DNA of 64,000 nucleotides from Armatimonadota bacterium. Lineage in GTDB: Bacteria; Armatimonadota; UBA5829; DTJY01. Below, in pieces: positions 17,111-28,126 of this stretch (its first letter is position 1; the number at the start of each line of letters is the position of its first letter). Position numbers and translations under genes: made by a program. The stretch is taken from contig OY760504.1 of assembly GCA_963663705.1 (NCBI GenBank), forward strand, positions 1,224,063-1,288,062. Reading direction: 5' to 3'. The notes under the pieces were generated by a model, which saw nothing but the letters and a program-made list of their open reading frames with translations, did not search any database and was not told the DNA's origin.

Positions 17111-19212
17111 CCAAAGGCGGCGCACGCATCCAGTTTGCCGGTAACATCGTCCCGAAAGAACACGAGCCGCTCGTGCTCCACGGCGAGTTCATGAAGCATC
17201 CGAAGTACGGCCAGCAGTTTGAGGCCCGGAGCATGGAGTTCGATCAGAGGCTCGATGCAAATGGACTTGCCAACTACCTTGCGAATAATCCGGAAATCAA
17301 GGGCATCGGGCCGGCGAAAGCCCGGACTATTGCCGAACGCTTCGGGAGCGCCTTTGAGGAGACTCTTATCTATGCGCCCGAGAAGATAGCAGAGGTGGCT
17401 CGTGTGCCGCTATCTGTTATCGAAGACCTGCGCGACCAGTGGACTCAGACATCTAATACCAATGCCGCGATGACGTCTCTTTCCGCATACGGGCTCACCC
17501 ATCATCAGGTGACCACCCTCGTAAAGAAACTCGGCAATAACGCAGTCGGCATCATTCAGCGGGATCCGTATGTGATCGTCCGTGAGATCGAAGGCTTCGG
17601 TTTCAAGAAGGTCGATAAAATTGCCCGGCAAGTAGGTATAGCAAAGGATGATCCGAACCGTATACGTGCAGGCATCATCTACTGCATCGACAATGCTCTC
17701 GATCAGGGCGACTGCTGGGTCGAGTATGAAGATCTGCTCGACCGGGCAAACATGCTCCTTGTCATGGACTGCCTGGACAGTAGGTCACGTATAGAATCGC
17801 AGTTGGATGATCTCATCGATAAGAATACGCTTACCTGCTATGCCGCCGATTGCCGTTTCCTCATAGCGAAGCCCGTGGTCCGGCAGATGGAAGAGGAGCT
17901 TGCGTCGGTCTTTGCAGAAGCCAGAAAGCCAAATCCACATGTGATCAGAAACACCAATTCTACAAATCCAAAGTTGAACACAATGCAGAGGCAGGCAGTG
18001 GAAGCCGCACGCGCGCATAGCATCTCACTCATCTGCGGCGGTGCAGGTTCAGGCAAGACATACACCATCGCCGCGATTACCGATCTCTATGAGGTCAATG
18101 ACCTGAGTGTCGTACTCTGTGCACCCACTGGCAAAGCGGCCAAACGCATGGAAGAATCGACCGGCAGGTCTGCCCAGACGATTCATAGACTGCTCGGATT
18201 CAATGGGAAGACCTACCCTCGGGATGCTGACAACCCCGTGCAAGCTGATGTGTTGATCGTCGACGAAGTCTCGATGGTCGATGTGCCGCTCGCATGGCGG
18301 CTTTTTCAGGCAGTCGACCTGTCGCGCACATCGGTAGTGCTCGTCGGAGATCAAAATCAGTTGCCGCCGGTCGGACCGGGGAATATACTTCGGGATCTCA
18401 TAGACTCGCACACCATCCCGACGACCGTACTTGATGAAGTCGTGCGACAGGCAGGAATCCTGAAGGAGAACAGCATCGCCATACTCAGGGGCGAAGTACC
18501 GAAGACGCCGCAGAAAGATCATGCCGATCACGGCGCATGGTACGTGGTCGATCAGCACAGCAAATCGGAGGACGTTCAGAAGTTCGTTTTGGACTTGTTT
18601 GAGCATACGCTGCCGGAGAAGCTTGGATTCGATATCCTGCGAGATGTACAGGTACTGACGCCGACCCATAAAGGGCCGCTCGGGACGATGGAGATGAACG
18701 CGAAATTGCAGCAGCTAATCCAGTGGAAGCTCTGGGGCAATACGGTCTCGCCCACTCCACCTAACAGACGTCCGAAGCTCTACGAAAACGACAAGGTTAT
18801 CCAGACTCGCAACAACTACGAACTCGGCATCATGAATGGCGCCATGGGAATAGTTCGTTCCATCGGTACCGATGGATCACTGGCGATCGAGTTTGATGGA
18901 GGTCTTGTAGATATTGAGGCCGGTTCCCCTCATAGGAACGATATCCAGCTTGCGTATGCGCTCACGATTCATAAATGCCAGGGTTCGGAGTTCCCCTGTT
19001 CGATAGTGGTGGCGCACAAATCGCATTCATTCATGCACCATCGGAATCTACTTTACACAGGTGTCACCCGTGCGTCGAAGACCGCCATCATCGTCGGTGA
19101 CCGCTGGGGTATCGCGAATTGTGTGAGGCGCATGCAGGTCGATGCACGGAAGACATTTCTATCACTGATGCTGCCGAACCAGGCGTTACAGCCAACCGGA
19201 GGCGATCTGTGA
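17014..19212 (+). CDS. RecD-like SF1 DNA helicase
   Basis: Walker A GGAGSGKTY, Walker B VLIVDEVSMVD, HhH region, C-terminal motif IHKCQGSEF...TRA. The start may be an internal M near 17191. Confidence 0.8.
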   Translation: MQCTIPSSTTSIRGEVERIFFSSANFSAGRFLTKGGARIQFAGNIVPKEHEPLVLHGEFMKHPKYGQQFEARSMEFDQRLDANGLANYLANNPEIKGIGPAKARTIAERFGSAFEETLIYAPEKIAEVARVPLSVIEDLRDQWTQTSNTNAAMTSLSAYGLTHHQVTTLVKKLGNNAVGIIQRDPYVIVREIEGFGFKKVDKIARQVGIAKDDPNRIRAGIIYCIDNALDQGDCWVEYEDLLDRANMLLVMDCLDSRSRIESQLDDLIDKNTLTCYAADCRFLIAKPVVRQMEEELASVFAEARKPNPHVIRNTNSTNPKLNTMQRQAVEAARAHSISLICGGAGSGKTYTIAAITDLYEVNDLSVVLCAPTGKAAKRMEESTGRSAQTIHRLLGFNGKTYPRDADNPVQADVLIVDEVSMVDVPLAWRLFQAVDLSRTSVVLVGDQNQLPPVGPGNILRDLIDSHTIPTTVLDEVVRQAGILKENSIAILRGEVPKTPQKDHADHGAWYVVDQHSKSEDVQKFVLDLFEHTLPEKLGFDILRDVQVLTPTHKGPLGTMEMNAKLQQLIQWKLWGNTVSPTPPNRRPKLYENDKVIQTRNNYELGIMNGAMGIVRSIGTDGSLAIEFDGGLVDIEAGSPHRNDIQLAYALTIHKCQGSEFPCSIVVAHKSHSFMHHRNLLYTGVTRASKTAIIVGDRWGIANCVRRMQVDARKTFLSLMLPNQALQPTGGDL

Positions 19213-21737
19213 CGATAGATGAAATCATTGGAAGGTTTCCGGGCGCTAAGCCTGACTCAAACGGGTGGCAGGTTAAGTGCCCGGCACATGAAGACAAGGT
19301 AGCCAGCCTGAGCATTCACGAAGAGCCGGGCGGTAAGATACTCGTCCACTGCCATGCGGGCTGTGAGGTAGACAGCATCCTCAGATCCGTCGGACTGCAG
19401 ATGTCCGATCTGTTCCCGGCCAAATCGGACTCACTGGCGAAGGTTGGTCAACCGGAAAAGAGCAAGAGGCGAAAGTTTGGAGAGAAGAAGATAGTTGCCG
19501 AATACGACTACGCCGATGAATCGGGGACACTTCTCTTCCAGGTCTGCCGTACCGATCCTAAGGGATTCATCCAGCGGCGGCGTGTAGTAACCGAGACGAG
19601 CGCCAAATGGGTCTGGGATATCAAGGGGGTGACCAAGGTCATCTTCCGGCTGCCGCAGGTCAAGGCTGCTATAAATGAGGGCAGGGCCATCTACATCGTC
19701 GAGGGCGAGAAAGATGTATTGAATGTGGAGAAGCTCGGGTTCACTGCTACGTGCAACTCAGGCGGCGCCGGGAAGTGGCTGAAGGGCTACTCGAAGCACC
19801 TTGTCGGTGCGGATGTGGTCATACTCCCGGACAACGATGATCCAGGTCTAAAGCACGCAGAAGATGTAGCTCTGAGCCTTATCGATATTGCAAAGCGCAT
19901 CCGGGTAGTGAAGCTCGAAGGGCTCGCGCCAAAGGGTGATGTCTCCGACTGGATTCTAACCGGTGGCACTGCGGAGGCGCTCCTCGCCATGCAGGAGAAG
20001 ACCGATGATTACAAGCAGTGGAGCGTTTATGAGGAGTATAAGACGCCTGAAGGTATCTCGAGGATTGGCGTGTGCAACGTGCCTCTCCGGGAGATCGGCC
20101 GGGCCGCAATCCGTGCCCTCTCGTTCGCAAATTCTCCGCCGTGCCTATTCCTGAAGGGTGGCAGCATGGTCCGTTACCGCGAGACCGAGCTCTCGGCCCC
20201 TCTTATCGAAAAAGCGAACGACGCCATTATCGGGAGCAGGCTCGCAGATGTAGCTGACTTCATTTTTGAGACAAAGGAGATCGAAAAACAAGTGAATCCA
20301 CCAAAGGATGTTATCCACTATGTGATGTCATCAGCTGAACTGCCGTTCCCGAAACTGCTCGGTGTAACGGAATCACCTATGCTTCGCCCTGACGGGACTA
20401 TTCTCTCGAGGCCAGGGTACGATGCCGTGAGCGGGTACTACTATCGACCACCAGACGGTTTTGAGATGCCGGATATCTCGGATGATCCGACGGATGAGCA
20501 GGTCCGTGATGCGGTAGCCTTGATTCAGGAGACAATATGCGACTTCCCGTTTGTAGATGAGGCTAGCCGGACTAATACCATTGCGCTGATGCTGACACCG
20601 CTCATCCGCGGGATAGTGCCGACGGTTCCCATAGCGCTGATCGACGCCACAAACTGGGGAACAGGGAAGTCTCTGCTCTCGGAAGTATGCGCAACCATAT
20701 CGTGCGGAAACTACGAAATGAGTACAGTGCCAAGTGACAGCGAAGAATGGCGTAAGCGGATAACCGCACTGCTCTCTGATGGCAAGCCATTCATCATTCT
20801 CGATAATGTCAAGGGAATGCTCTCATCGGATAGCCTGGCATCGGTTCTGACCAGTGCCAGGTGGTCGGACCGTAAGCTCGGTTCATCGGAGACCGTGGTC
20901 TACCAAAACAGGGCGACCTGGGTCGCTACCGGGAATAACCTGCAGATCGATGGTGATATGGGTCGCAGAGGTTACCTGATAGAACTCGATGCCAAGTGCG
21001 CACGGCCGTACCAGCGTGACTACGAATTCAAGCACCCGAAGCTTGTGGAATGGCTGAATCTAAACAGAGGCATGCTGATCGGTGCGCTTTTCACCATAGT
21101 CCGAGCCTGGTATTCGGCAGGCCAGCCTTCAGCACATACTCCGGCGATGGGCAGCTTCGAGATGTGGGTGGAGATGGTCGGAGGCATCCTCGCTCATGCG
21201 GGCCTGCCCGACTTCCATGCGAACCGGGAGAAGCTTTACCGGGGAGCAGATACGGAGTCTACCCAGTGGGAGGGATTCCTGGCCCGGTGGGTTGAGTTAT
21301 ACGGTAATCAGCCTAAGACCGTCTCCCAGATCAAGGATGACCTCACATCACCTGATGGTTTCGAGGGCGTGCTGCCGGAGGTGCTGTCGTATGCAATTCG
21401 GAGCGACAAGGTCAACCCGAACAAGATAGGCCGTGCATTCCGAGCAAAGGAAGGAACGTATTTCGGCGACCAGGATCTGCGCCTCTGTCGTGCAGGAGAA
21501 CATCACAGAGCAATACTCTGGACTGTTGCCAGTGCCGCTCGCGCCAAGTCCGGTGAGTATGACGAGTTTGGTGAGTTAGATTCCGCCGGTCTCGCGCGCG
21601 TGAACAATACTGCGCATACACATATAGAGAATAATACTTCTCTTAGTAACCAGAGGGAAGAAACTCGTAATACTCGTCATACTCACCCGGAGTTCCCAGG
21701 TGACGGTCTTGATTGGTCGGGAAGAGTAGTGATTTGA
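19210..21737 (+). CDS. DNA primase/helicase (Zn-binding, Toprim, P-loop ATPase)
   Basis: Zn-binding CPAH...HCHAGC. Toprim YIVEGEKDV...ILPDNDDPG. P-loop NWGTGKS. A GTG at 19210 with a GGAGG Shine-Dalgarno is preferred over the track start at 19119. Confidence 0.7.
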
Positions 21738-22669
21738 TGGGCTATATTGACATGTTCAGCAGACGCGGATTGCGCATAACCCTGCGCCATCGGAAGTATC
21801 TCTGCATAGACCCGGATGAACTGGTTACGGATGATCTCATACAGACCGCCCGAGAGCATAAGGGTGAGATAGTCAAGGAGATCTTGGCATTGGCAGCACA
21901 GCATAATAAGAATGCTGCCGAGATCATGCCGGACTACCGTTTCCTATGGGTTGCTACTACCCTGGAATCCTTTGAAGAATGCGACCCACGTTATGGCTAT
22001 GAAATCGGCCGCGATCCTGTGTACCGAATGCTGGACGCTCCATACTACGCATGGCTTCGTCATCGCATGGAAGGTGCCAGCAAGGCCCATCAGGATGGTC
22101 ACCTGTCGGATGATGAGTTTACCGTCCTCAGGAACCGATTTAACGCTGTTCATAACTGGGCCGTTGCCCACATAGGCGATCAGACACTTCGCCGGGCGAT
22201 CCGGACGACTAATACCAAGCGGTATGTCCCACCGTCTGATTCAACAGTCGATGCTTACCATCGAACATGGGATGAAGCCCGGGAATCAAATGCAAAGCGC
22301 AGATCTACTCCAGATGATCCATCAATCAGGCAAACTGATACCCAGGGAACGCTATTTAGTAAAATGCCAGATCGACCGATCGTGAAATCTGTGTCAGCTG
22401 AATCGAAAGCCAAAGTGGACGCGATTCACGACCAGGCGATATCCCTCGGGTGGACGGAAGATGGGTTATATCGAGCCACCGGAGACCATCCATTTCCATA
22501 TGGGCAGGACTACGGACTTATTTGCTTTGTGGAACCCAATATCCAGATCGGTGAAGTAACAACAGAGTCCATAGAACTTATTAAGATGCATACGGCAAAG
22601 AATGGACGGATAATTCGTTCGTCCACAAGATACTATAACCCGGATATTAAGCAGTCATGGATGAAATAG
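21713..22669 (+). CDS. hypothetical protein
   Basis: 318 aa. No family recognised. Confidence 0.35.
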   Translation: MVGKSSDLMGYIDMFSRRGLRITLRHRKYLCIDPDELVTDDLIQTAREHKGEIVKEILALAAQHNKNAAEIMPDYRFLWVATTLESFEECDPRYGYEIGRDPVYRMLDAPYYAWLRHRMEGASKAHQDGHLSDDEFTVLRNRFNAVHNWAVAHIGDQTLRRAIRTTNTKRYVPPSDSTVDAYHRTWDEARESNAKRRSTPDDPSIRQTDTQGTLFSKMPDRPIVKSVSAESKAKVDAIHDQAISLGWTEDGLYRATGDHPFPYGQDYGLICFVEPNIQIGEVTTESIELIKMHTAKNGRIIRSSTRYYNPDIKQSWMK

Positions 22670-22754
22670 ATGGAGAGAGGGCAGATGGGCAAATGAAGGC
22701 GAAATCAGTTTTCCCCGCCCATCTCCGAGTTGCCGGAACGAGAGGAGTTAACAA

Positions 22755-23261
22755 ATGACAGACATCAACAATACAAACGAATCGGAGCCAGCTATAGGCA
22801 TCAGAGATATAGACGGCATGGATCGATGGCATAGAAATACGAAATCACGGGAGGGTCGTGGGGCAGTGGAAGGAAACCTCAATGCCCTGAAGCACGGCAT
22901 CTACGCAGACCGGTTCCTTTCGCCGGATGAGAAGAAACTCTTCGACGCGATCATTGAGCAGTTGCACGATGACTTTGTGTTCAACAAGAGCAGTGACTTT
23001 CTGCAGGTCGAACTCGTCGGAGTCTATTTTGTAAAGCTGGGGCGTGCCCAGGAGGCTGGTGATCACGATGCGGCTGAGCGGTTGGATCGTATGATCCGCT
23101 GTCACCTGAAGGACCTGAAGACAACCAAGATTACCCGTGAGGGCACCGAGCCGAAGCTCCCTGAGACCACGCCTGCGGAATGGGCGACGGCGCTCCTCGA
23201 GAAATTGGCTGAGGCAGAGAAGAAGGGCGAGGTTATAGTCGAGTCCGAGATAATGCGGTAA
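22755..23261 (+). CDS. hypothetical protein (weak candidate small terminase by position only)
   Basis: 168 aa, last plus-strand gene before the minus-strand block and terL. An imperfect stem-loop (GGCAGATGGGC ... GCCCATCTCC) lies just upstream. Confidence 0.25.
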   Translation: MTDINNTNESEPAIGIRDIDGMDRWHRNTKSREGRGAVEGNLNALKHGIYADRFLSPDEKKLFDAIIEQLHDDFVFNKSSDFLQVELVGVYFVKLGRAQEAGDHDAAERLDRMIRCHLKDLKTTKITREGTEPKLPETTPAEWATALLEKLAEAEKKGEVIVESEIMR

Positions 23262-23306
23262 TAGTTTCTTAGTTATTCGTCACCTACTCTATCAGATTTT
23301 CTGGAG

Positions 23307-23624
23307 TTATGCTGTATAGATATCAATTCCTTCTGTCAGTGCTTCTCTGTATACGAGGCCAGAGGTCTCTGCATAATTAGCCAGATCGGATACAGTAGCG
23401 ACGACTACGTCCACGTCAATCTTAGAACCAAGCAGTGCTCGGTAGATATCAGTCGTAGTTTTACGCCTATGGATTCCATCAGGCATCACAACAATGATAT
23501 CTATGTCACTATCCGGACGAGCCTGCCTACGCACAGTTGAGCCAAAGAGGATAATGCGCAGCGGATGGACAGCTTGTACAATCAGCTCTACTAGCTCTGA
23601 TGTTTTCTTATCTGCAATGTTCAA
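23307..23624 (-). CDS. minimal nucleotidyltransferase (MNT, NTP_transf_2)
   Basis: Motif LFGSTVRRQARPDSDIDIIVV; 105 aa; TTG start. Confidence 0.6.
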   Translation of the reverse strand: MNIADKKTSELVELIVQAVHPLRIILFGSTVRRQARPDSDIDIIVVMPDGIHRRKTTTDIYRALLGSKIDVDVVVATVSDLANYAETSGLVYREALTEGIDIYTA

Positions 23625-23775
23625 TGGGTTGTATCTTGGTTTTTTGAGGGTCTAAGCAGAATAGCTTCCGGCGTTGACTCCAGAGTAATGTAGTCACCAG
23701 AGCGAATTCCTACTTGATCAAGAAGTTCCTTCGGTAGAGTAATTCGACCATTTGGGCCGACTCGGATTAACCAGT
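23621..23775 (-). CDS. small AbrB/SpoVT-fold protein coupled to the MNT gene (not in the ORF track, under 60 aa)
   Basis: Manual translation gives MSKHWLIRVGPNGRITLPKELLDQVGIRSGDYITLESTPEAILLRPSKNQDTTH. Its stop overlaps the MNT start. Confidence 0.4.
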
Positions 23776-23976
23776 GTTTTGACATCGATCAACTCCTCTA
23801 GGGTTGTTGATTCACTTTACCACTGATTGGCCTTGTTTTCCAGTGATAAATCAGGCAAGCTAACGAAAACGCAAGAATTAGTTCAGATAACACCGAGGCA
23901 ACTAAAGCATTTCACGCGTGGGACGTCCCACTTGAGTTCACATAATACATGTTCTTTGACAATCGAATACCGTAGT

Positions 23977-24204
23977 CTACTCTGCCAGACGCTTCAGGGT
24001 ACGGCCATACTTACGATTGACCTGCGCTAAAGCGTTCTTGAACTTGGTTGCACGTTCCTCATCACGAACCGGCGAAACTATAAGGACGTTGCCGTCGGTG
24101 GATATTTCAAGTGGAGTATCGTCGTTGATCTTGAGTAAATCGAGCACCCCGCGATCGATGACCAATGCCATGCTGTTGCCGTGTTTGGTGAGTTTTTTGA
24201 TCAT
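23977..24204 (-). CDS. AbrB/MazE-type antitoxin-like protein
   Basis: 75 aa; MIKKLTKHGNSMALVIDRGVLDLL matches the SpoVT_AbrB fold. No toxin ORF immediately downstream. Confidence 0.55.
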   Translation of the reverse strand: MIKKLTKHGNSMALVIDRGVLDLLKINDDTPLEISTDGNVLIVSPVRDEERATKFKNALAQVNRKYGRTLKRLAE

Positions 24205-24278
24205 GGTGTCGAGACTTCCTTCTGGTTAATCATTGTATACACAATGTATCACCAAAATGCGCTGATGTCAATCGTGAA

Positions 24279-25157
24279 TTATAGTCTCTCAATCGCATCT
24301 TCGAGGATGTCGTCCGAGAGGTGTGTGTAGATCTCAGTTGTGGAGATATCCCGGTGGCCGAGCGCACGCTTGACGAGGAGCAGGTCGGATGTGTTTGCGT
24401 AGAGGTGAGTGGCGAAGGTATGGCGGAGTCCGTGCGGCGTGATCTTCTTTGAGATGCCGGCCTTTGCGAGCCAATAGGAAAGTCTCTGTGCTACCTGCCG
24501 ATTGCAAAGCCGGGTGTTGCGAGATGAGACAAAGAGCGCCGTGGTCTCGCTACCTGTGTGATGCCTGCGCTCTTTCAGGTAAGTCCGCAGCAACGTCCGA
24601 AGGGATGACTTGAGAAACTTGATCTGAGGCACTCCGCCCTTGCCCATGATGCGGATGTGCTTGCCGTCAAGGTCGACATCGTCGATATCGAGGTTCACCA
24701 GTTCCGAGAGTCGGATGCCGGTGCCGAGGAAGATCTCGAAGATCACTCTGTCACGACGTGCCAACGGATTCGAGCGGTCGTGCAGTTCCTTGAGCAGTCG
24801 TCTTTTCTCCGGCTCGGTGAGATACTCCGGCGGTGTTCGCGACAACCGTTTCATGGTGACCGAGCGTGCAGGATTGGAAGCAATGATCCCGGCATCCATC
24901 GCCCAGGCGAAGAAGGATTTTATTACCGCTTTCATACGATGCATTGTCGCGGGTGACTTGTGCCGCCCGTCGGGAGTGTTTGCGGCAGTCGGGTCGATCA
25001 GTGCGGCGTCGATTGTAGCTGGCGTTATATCGGCAAGGTCTATGCCTTTCAGAGCCCGCGCAAAGGTATGCAGGTCGCGCATGTAGGCGGAGATGGTATG
25101 CTCCGAGCGACCTTGCGCCCGGAGCCGTGTCTCGAAGTCAGCGACGGCAGAATTCAT
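24279..25157 (-). CDS. tyrosine recombinase (XerC/D or phage integrase family)
   Basis: C-terminal HGLRHTFATHL...LGHRDISTTEIYTHL with catalytic Tyr. SAM-like core-binding N-domain. The ORF track extends to 25316; M at about 25157 is preferred. Confidence 0.8.
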   Translation of the reverse strand: MNSAVADFETRLRAQGRSEHTISAYMRDLHTFARALKGIDLADITPATIDAALIDPTAANTPDGRHKSPATMHRMKAVIKSFFAWAMDAGIIASNPARSVTMKRLSRTPPEYLTEPEKRRLLKELHDRSNPLARRDRVIFEIFLGTGIRLSELVNLDIDDVDLDGKHIRIMGKGGVPQIKFLKSSLRTLLRTYLKERRHHTGSETTALFVSSRNTRLCNRQVAQRLSYWLAKAGISKKITPHGLRHTFATHLYANTSDLLLVKRALGHRDISTTEIYTHLSDDILEDAIERL

Positions 25158-25176
25158 GCTGCCGGAAGTGATGATT

Positions 25177-25563
25177 CTAATCGGTGCCTGTGCTACTGGC
25201 ATCCGGTACCTCCATCGTGTTCGTTGTGCTGTGACCCATGGGCATATCCTTTGGGAAGGGAAGCTTTGTGATATAGCCCTTGCCAAGCGTCCAGACGAGA
25301 AACATGCGGAAGACACGAACCGTTTTCTTTATGGTAGGTTCAGAGCGTTCCTTGCCGCTCGGCAGTTTCAGCAGCGCATCCGACTTCAGGAATCCTGCAA
25401 CATGCGGGATGAGTATCGCTGACAGCTTCTTCTCGGGACCGAAGTAGGCTTCGATCTGTTGTGCATCCTTGTTGTAAGTGTAAAGTGTCCGCTCGCTCTT
25501 CCCTTCAGCATTGAGGTGGCCGAGGTACTCCCGGAGAGCGCCTTGCAGTGTGATATCAGACAT
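25177..25563 (-). CDS. stand-alone integrase SAM-like (core-binding) N-domain protein
   Basis: 128 aa; ALREYLGHLNAEGKSERTLYTYNKDAQQIEAYFG resembles the phage integrase N-terminal SAM-like domain. Confidence 0.5.
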   Translation of the reverse strand: MSDITLQGALREYLGHLNAEGKSERTLYTYNKDAQQIEAYFGPEKKLSAILIPHVAGFLKSDALLKLPSGKERSEPTIKKTVRVFRMFLVWTLGKGYITKLPFPKDMPMGHSTTNTMEVPDASSTGTD

Positions 25564-25655
25564 TGTGTCTGCCTCCTAATTTGATGTGACTACATTCATG
25601 CTCTCTCTCCGGGCGGGAAGTCAAGTCTGAATATGAACAAACGAAAGGTTATACA

Positions 25656-27182
25656 GTGAACAACTTCACAGAAGAACAGCACAAGATCGCACTATCGCTC
25701 AGAGATCCAGTGGTCTGGGGTCAGTCGTATCTCACAAATCGCGACGGCTCTCCCAGAGAATACTGGCCACACCAGGTCGATGACCTTATGTGCGATGACC
25801 GGAACATAATCCACCTGGACGGACGGGATTCCGGGAAGTCGATATCGCTTACGACGGATGCCCTGCACTATGCCTTCACCGTACGCGGAGGTCAGGGGCT
25901 TATCGCCGCCCCTCACCAGGGGCATCTCGATACATTGATCGAGGAGATCGAGTTTCAACTGGACTCCAACCCCGAACTGATGAAGAGCATCGGCATCACG
26001 AAATACGGCAAGCCGAAGATCTACCGGAAGCCCTACTTCCGGCTGGAGTTCACGAACGGCTCGGTGCTCTATTTTCGTCCTGCAGGCGCATACGGAGATG
26101 CATTCCGGTCGCTGCACGTCGAGCGGGTATGGGTGGATGAGGGCGCGTGGCTCACGGAGAAGGCATGGAAGGCACTCAGGCAGTGTCTCAAGGCAGGCGG
26201 CAGGCTCAGGATCTATTCGACGCCGAATGGACTACGGGACACCACCTACTACCGGCTGACCACATCGTCGCAGTTCAAGGTATTTCGCTGGCCGTCGTGG
26301 ATAAACCCTGACTGGAGCGATGAGCGGGAGAGCGAACTCCTTGAGTTTTACGGCGGGCGCGATACGGCAGGCTGGCAGCATGAGGTCGCCGGCGAACACG
26401 GCAAGCCGTCATACGGGGCATTCAGCCTGGAGAACCTGAATATCTGCCGTCAGGAGACATTGGAATATCGGAAGGTCACTGTGCTGGGAGAAGACATATC
26501 TTCCTGCGCTACGGAAGAAGAATCCCACGACCGGCTGGAGATACTCCTGAACCTCATGCCGCAGACTGGAGTGTTCTGGATAGGAGGCGATCTCGGCTAC
26601 ACCAACGACCCAACGGAACTTGTGATCTTCCGGGAGATGGAGGTCGGGGAGAGATCGATCATGACTCTTGCGCTCCGCATACACATGGAGCATGTGTCGT
26701 ATCCGCATATCGCCCAGACGATATCACTCCTGGATCGGTACTATACTCCGGTCGGCATTGGTGTGGACAACGGTGGAAACGGTCTATCGGTCGTGCAGGA
26801 ACTCCTCACACTTGATAAGTACAAACCGCTCCAGCTTGAGGGCCGGCTCAGGGGTTACGACTTCGGCGGGATGACGACGCTCGCCATCCGGGACGGCCGT
26901 GAGATCAGGAAGCGGACAAAGGAACTGATGACGAGCCTTATCAGCGGCGCCCTGCAACGGCGGCAGATCGTCCTTCCGGCAGAAGACTTAGAGATCGAGG
27001 ACCAGTTTACAACGCAAACATACACGCTCTCGAACGGGAACATCATCTACTCGAAGGGGAACGACCACATCGTTGATGCGGTGAGATGCGCCATGCTCGC
27101 ACGTGAACAGGGAACTCTCGACCAGGTGACCGAGGAGACGGTCTGCGTAATGCCGGTACTCACGAAACCGATCTTCCTATGA
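25656..27182 (+). CDS. terminase large subunit
   Basis: ATPase Walker A-like DGRDSGKS, Walker B VWVDEGAW, and a C-terminal nuclease region. Position just before the portal gene. Confidence 0.8.
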   Translation: MNNFTEEQHKIALSLRDPVVWGQSYLTNRDGSPREYWPHQVDDLMCDDRNIIHLDGRDSGKSISLTTDALHYAFTVRGGQGLIAAPHQGHLDTLIEEIEFQLDSNPELMKSIGITKYGKPKIYRKPYFRLEFTNGSVLYFRPAGAYGDAFRSLHVERVWVDEGAWLTEKAWKALRQCLKAGGRLRIYSTPNGLRDTTYYRLTTSSQFKVFRWPSWINPDWSDERESELLEFYGGRDTAGWQHEVAGEHGKPSYGAFSLENLNICRQETLEYRKVTVLGEDISSCATEEESHDRLEILLNLMPQTGVFWIGGDLGYTNDPTELVIFREMEVGERSIMTLALRIHMEHVSYPHIAQTISLLDRYYTPVGIGVDNGGNGLSVVQELLTLDKYKPLQLEGRLRGYDFGGMTTLAIRDGREIRKRTKELMTSLISGALQRRQIVLPAEDLEIEDQFTTQTYTLSNGNIIYSKGNDHIVDAVRCAMLAREQGTLDQVTEETVCVMPVLTKPIFL

Positions 27183-27269
27183 CTTATCATTGCCGATAAA
27201 GTCTACCGCAATATTCGCATGATTTCAACTTTTATTGCCCGCCCGGCATTATTTATCGAGACAAATCGT

Positions 27270-28126
27270 ACTCTCGCGCTGTTAGCGAACGTCACGCGAA
27301 CAAACGCTAATGACGGTTAAGTCGATCTACAAATCATCACGATTTCGCCAGGAGACAGTGGGCTTGGATTTTTTGAATCGGCATCCCAGCATCGAATATG
27401 TGATACTTCCCATATAGCGGCCATCGCCCTCGGCTAGGAGTCCGTATGCTTTGGGGACAGGAGAATTGATGTCGCCAAAATCGATATTGTCATCGCCGCC
27501 ACCTCCAACTTCCCATCTCGATAGGTCATCAGTACATTTACCTACATAGAGATGACCATCAATCCGAGCGATTTGCCTGATGCCGCCATGCTTCAAATCA
27601 AGAATATACTCTTGTGACGGATCGACAAACCTTAGGTACGGTCCCTCTTGTTTGTTTCCTGGATACCAGTACACATCCACTGGAGTATCTCCGCAGCCGT
27701 CTATCGGCGCAATAAGGGTTGTGGAAGGGAAGGACTTTGTCTCTATTCTGATCTGCCTGTCGAACTCAGCAACAAGATGGTGTTTGGCTTGAACCATGAA
27801 CTTCACATGTCCAGATCTATCTGGAAGCTTGATATCGGTCGAAATCCAGTGTGTCATTGCCCAAGCTATTACAACCTGTCCTGCAATCAAGTATAGGCAT
27901 GGAAACACGACTATGGCGATTATGGCGCAGATTGCAAAACGAAGGAAAGGTCTTCGTCGTACAGTTTTAATAGGCTCTTCCACGTGCTTCTCCTAAATCG
28001 AATGATGACTACTTATGTGAGATTGTGGTCACTTATACAACTATAACCTTGTCTCAGTACAGCCGTCAAGGTCTACAGCTAGGACCTCTCGCGCCACTAT
28101 CGAGCGTGGCGGGAACAAACGCTAAT
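27270..28126. repeat. about 41-bp imperfect direct repeats flanking an opposite-strand moron
   Basis: Left copy CTCTCGCGCTGTTAGCGAACGTCACGCGAACAAACGCTAAT (27270-27311). Right copy CTCTCGCGCCACTATCGAGCGTGGCGGGAACAAACGCTAAT (28086-28126). Shared 14-mer GAACAAACGCTAAT. Confidence 0.55.
27327..27983 (-). CDS. membrane-anchored hypothetical protein (moron between terL and portal)
   Basis: 218 aa. N-terminal TM FLRFAICAIIAIVVFPCLYLIAGQVVIAWAM. Opposite strand to the surrounding late genes. Flanked by direct repeats. Confidence 0.5.
   Translation of the reverse strand: MEEPIKTVRRRPFLRFAICAIIAIVVFPCLYLIAGQVVIAWAMTHWISTDIKLPDRSGHVKFMVQAKHHLVAEFDRQIRIETKSFPSTTLIAPIDGCGDTPVDVYWYPGNKQEGPYLRFVDPSQEYILDLKHGGIRQIARIDGHLYVGKCTDDLSRWEVGGGGDDNIDFGDINSPVPKAYGLLAEGDGRYMGSITYSMLGCRFKKSKPTVSWRNRDDL

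Noticed and set aside
23262-23976. Search for a HEPN toxin partner of the MNT, or a toxin downstream of the AbrB/MazE gene at 23977-24204
   Set aside because: Translating both strands of the flanks gives only very short ORFs. No HEPN-like Rx4-6H motif found.
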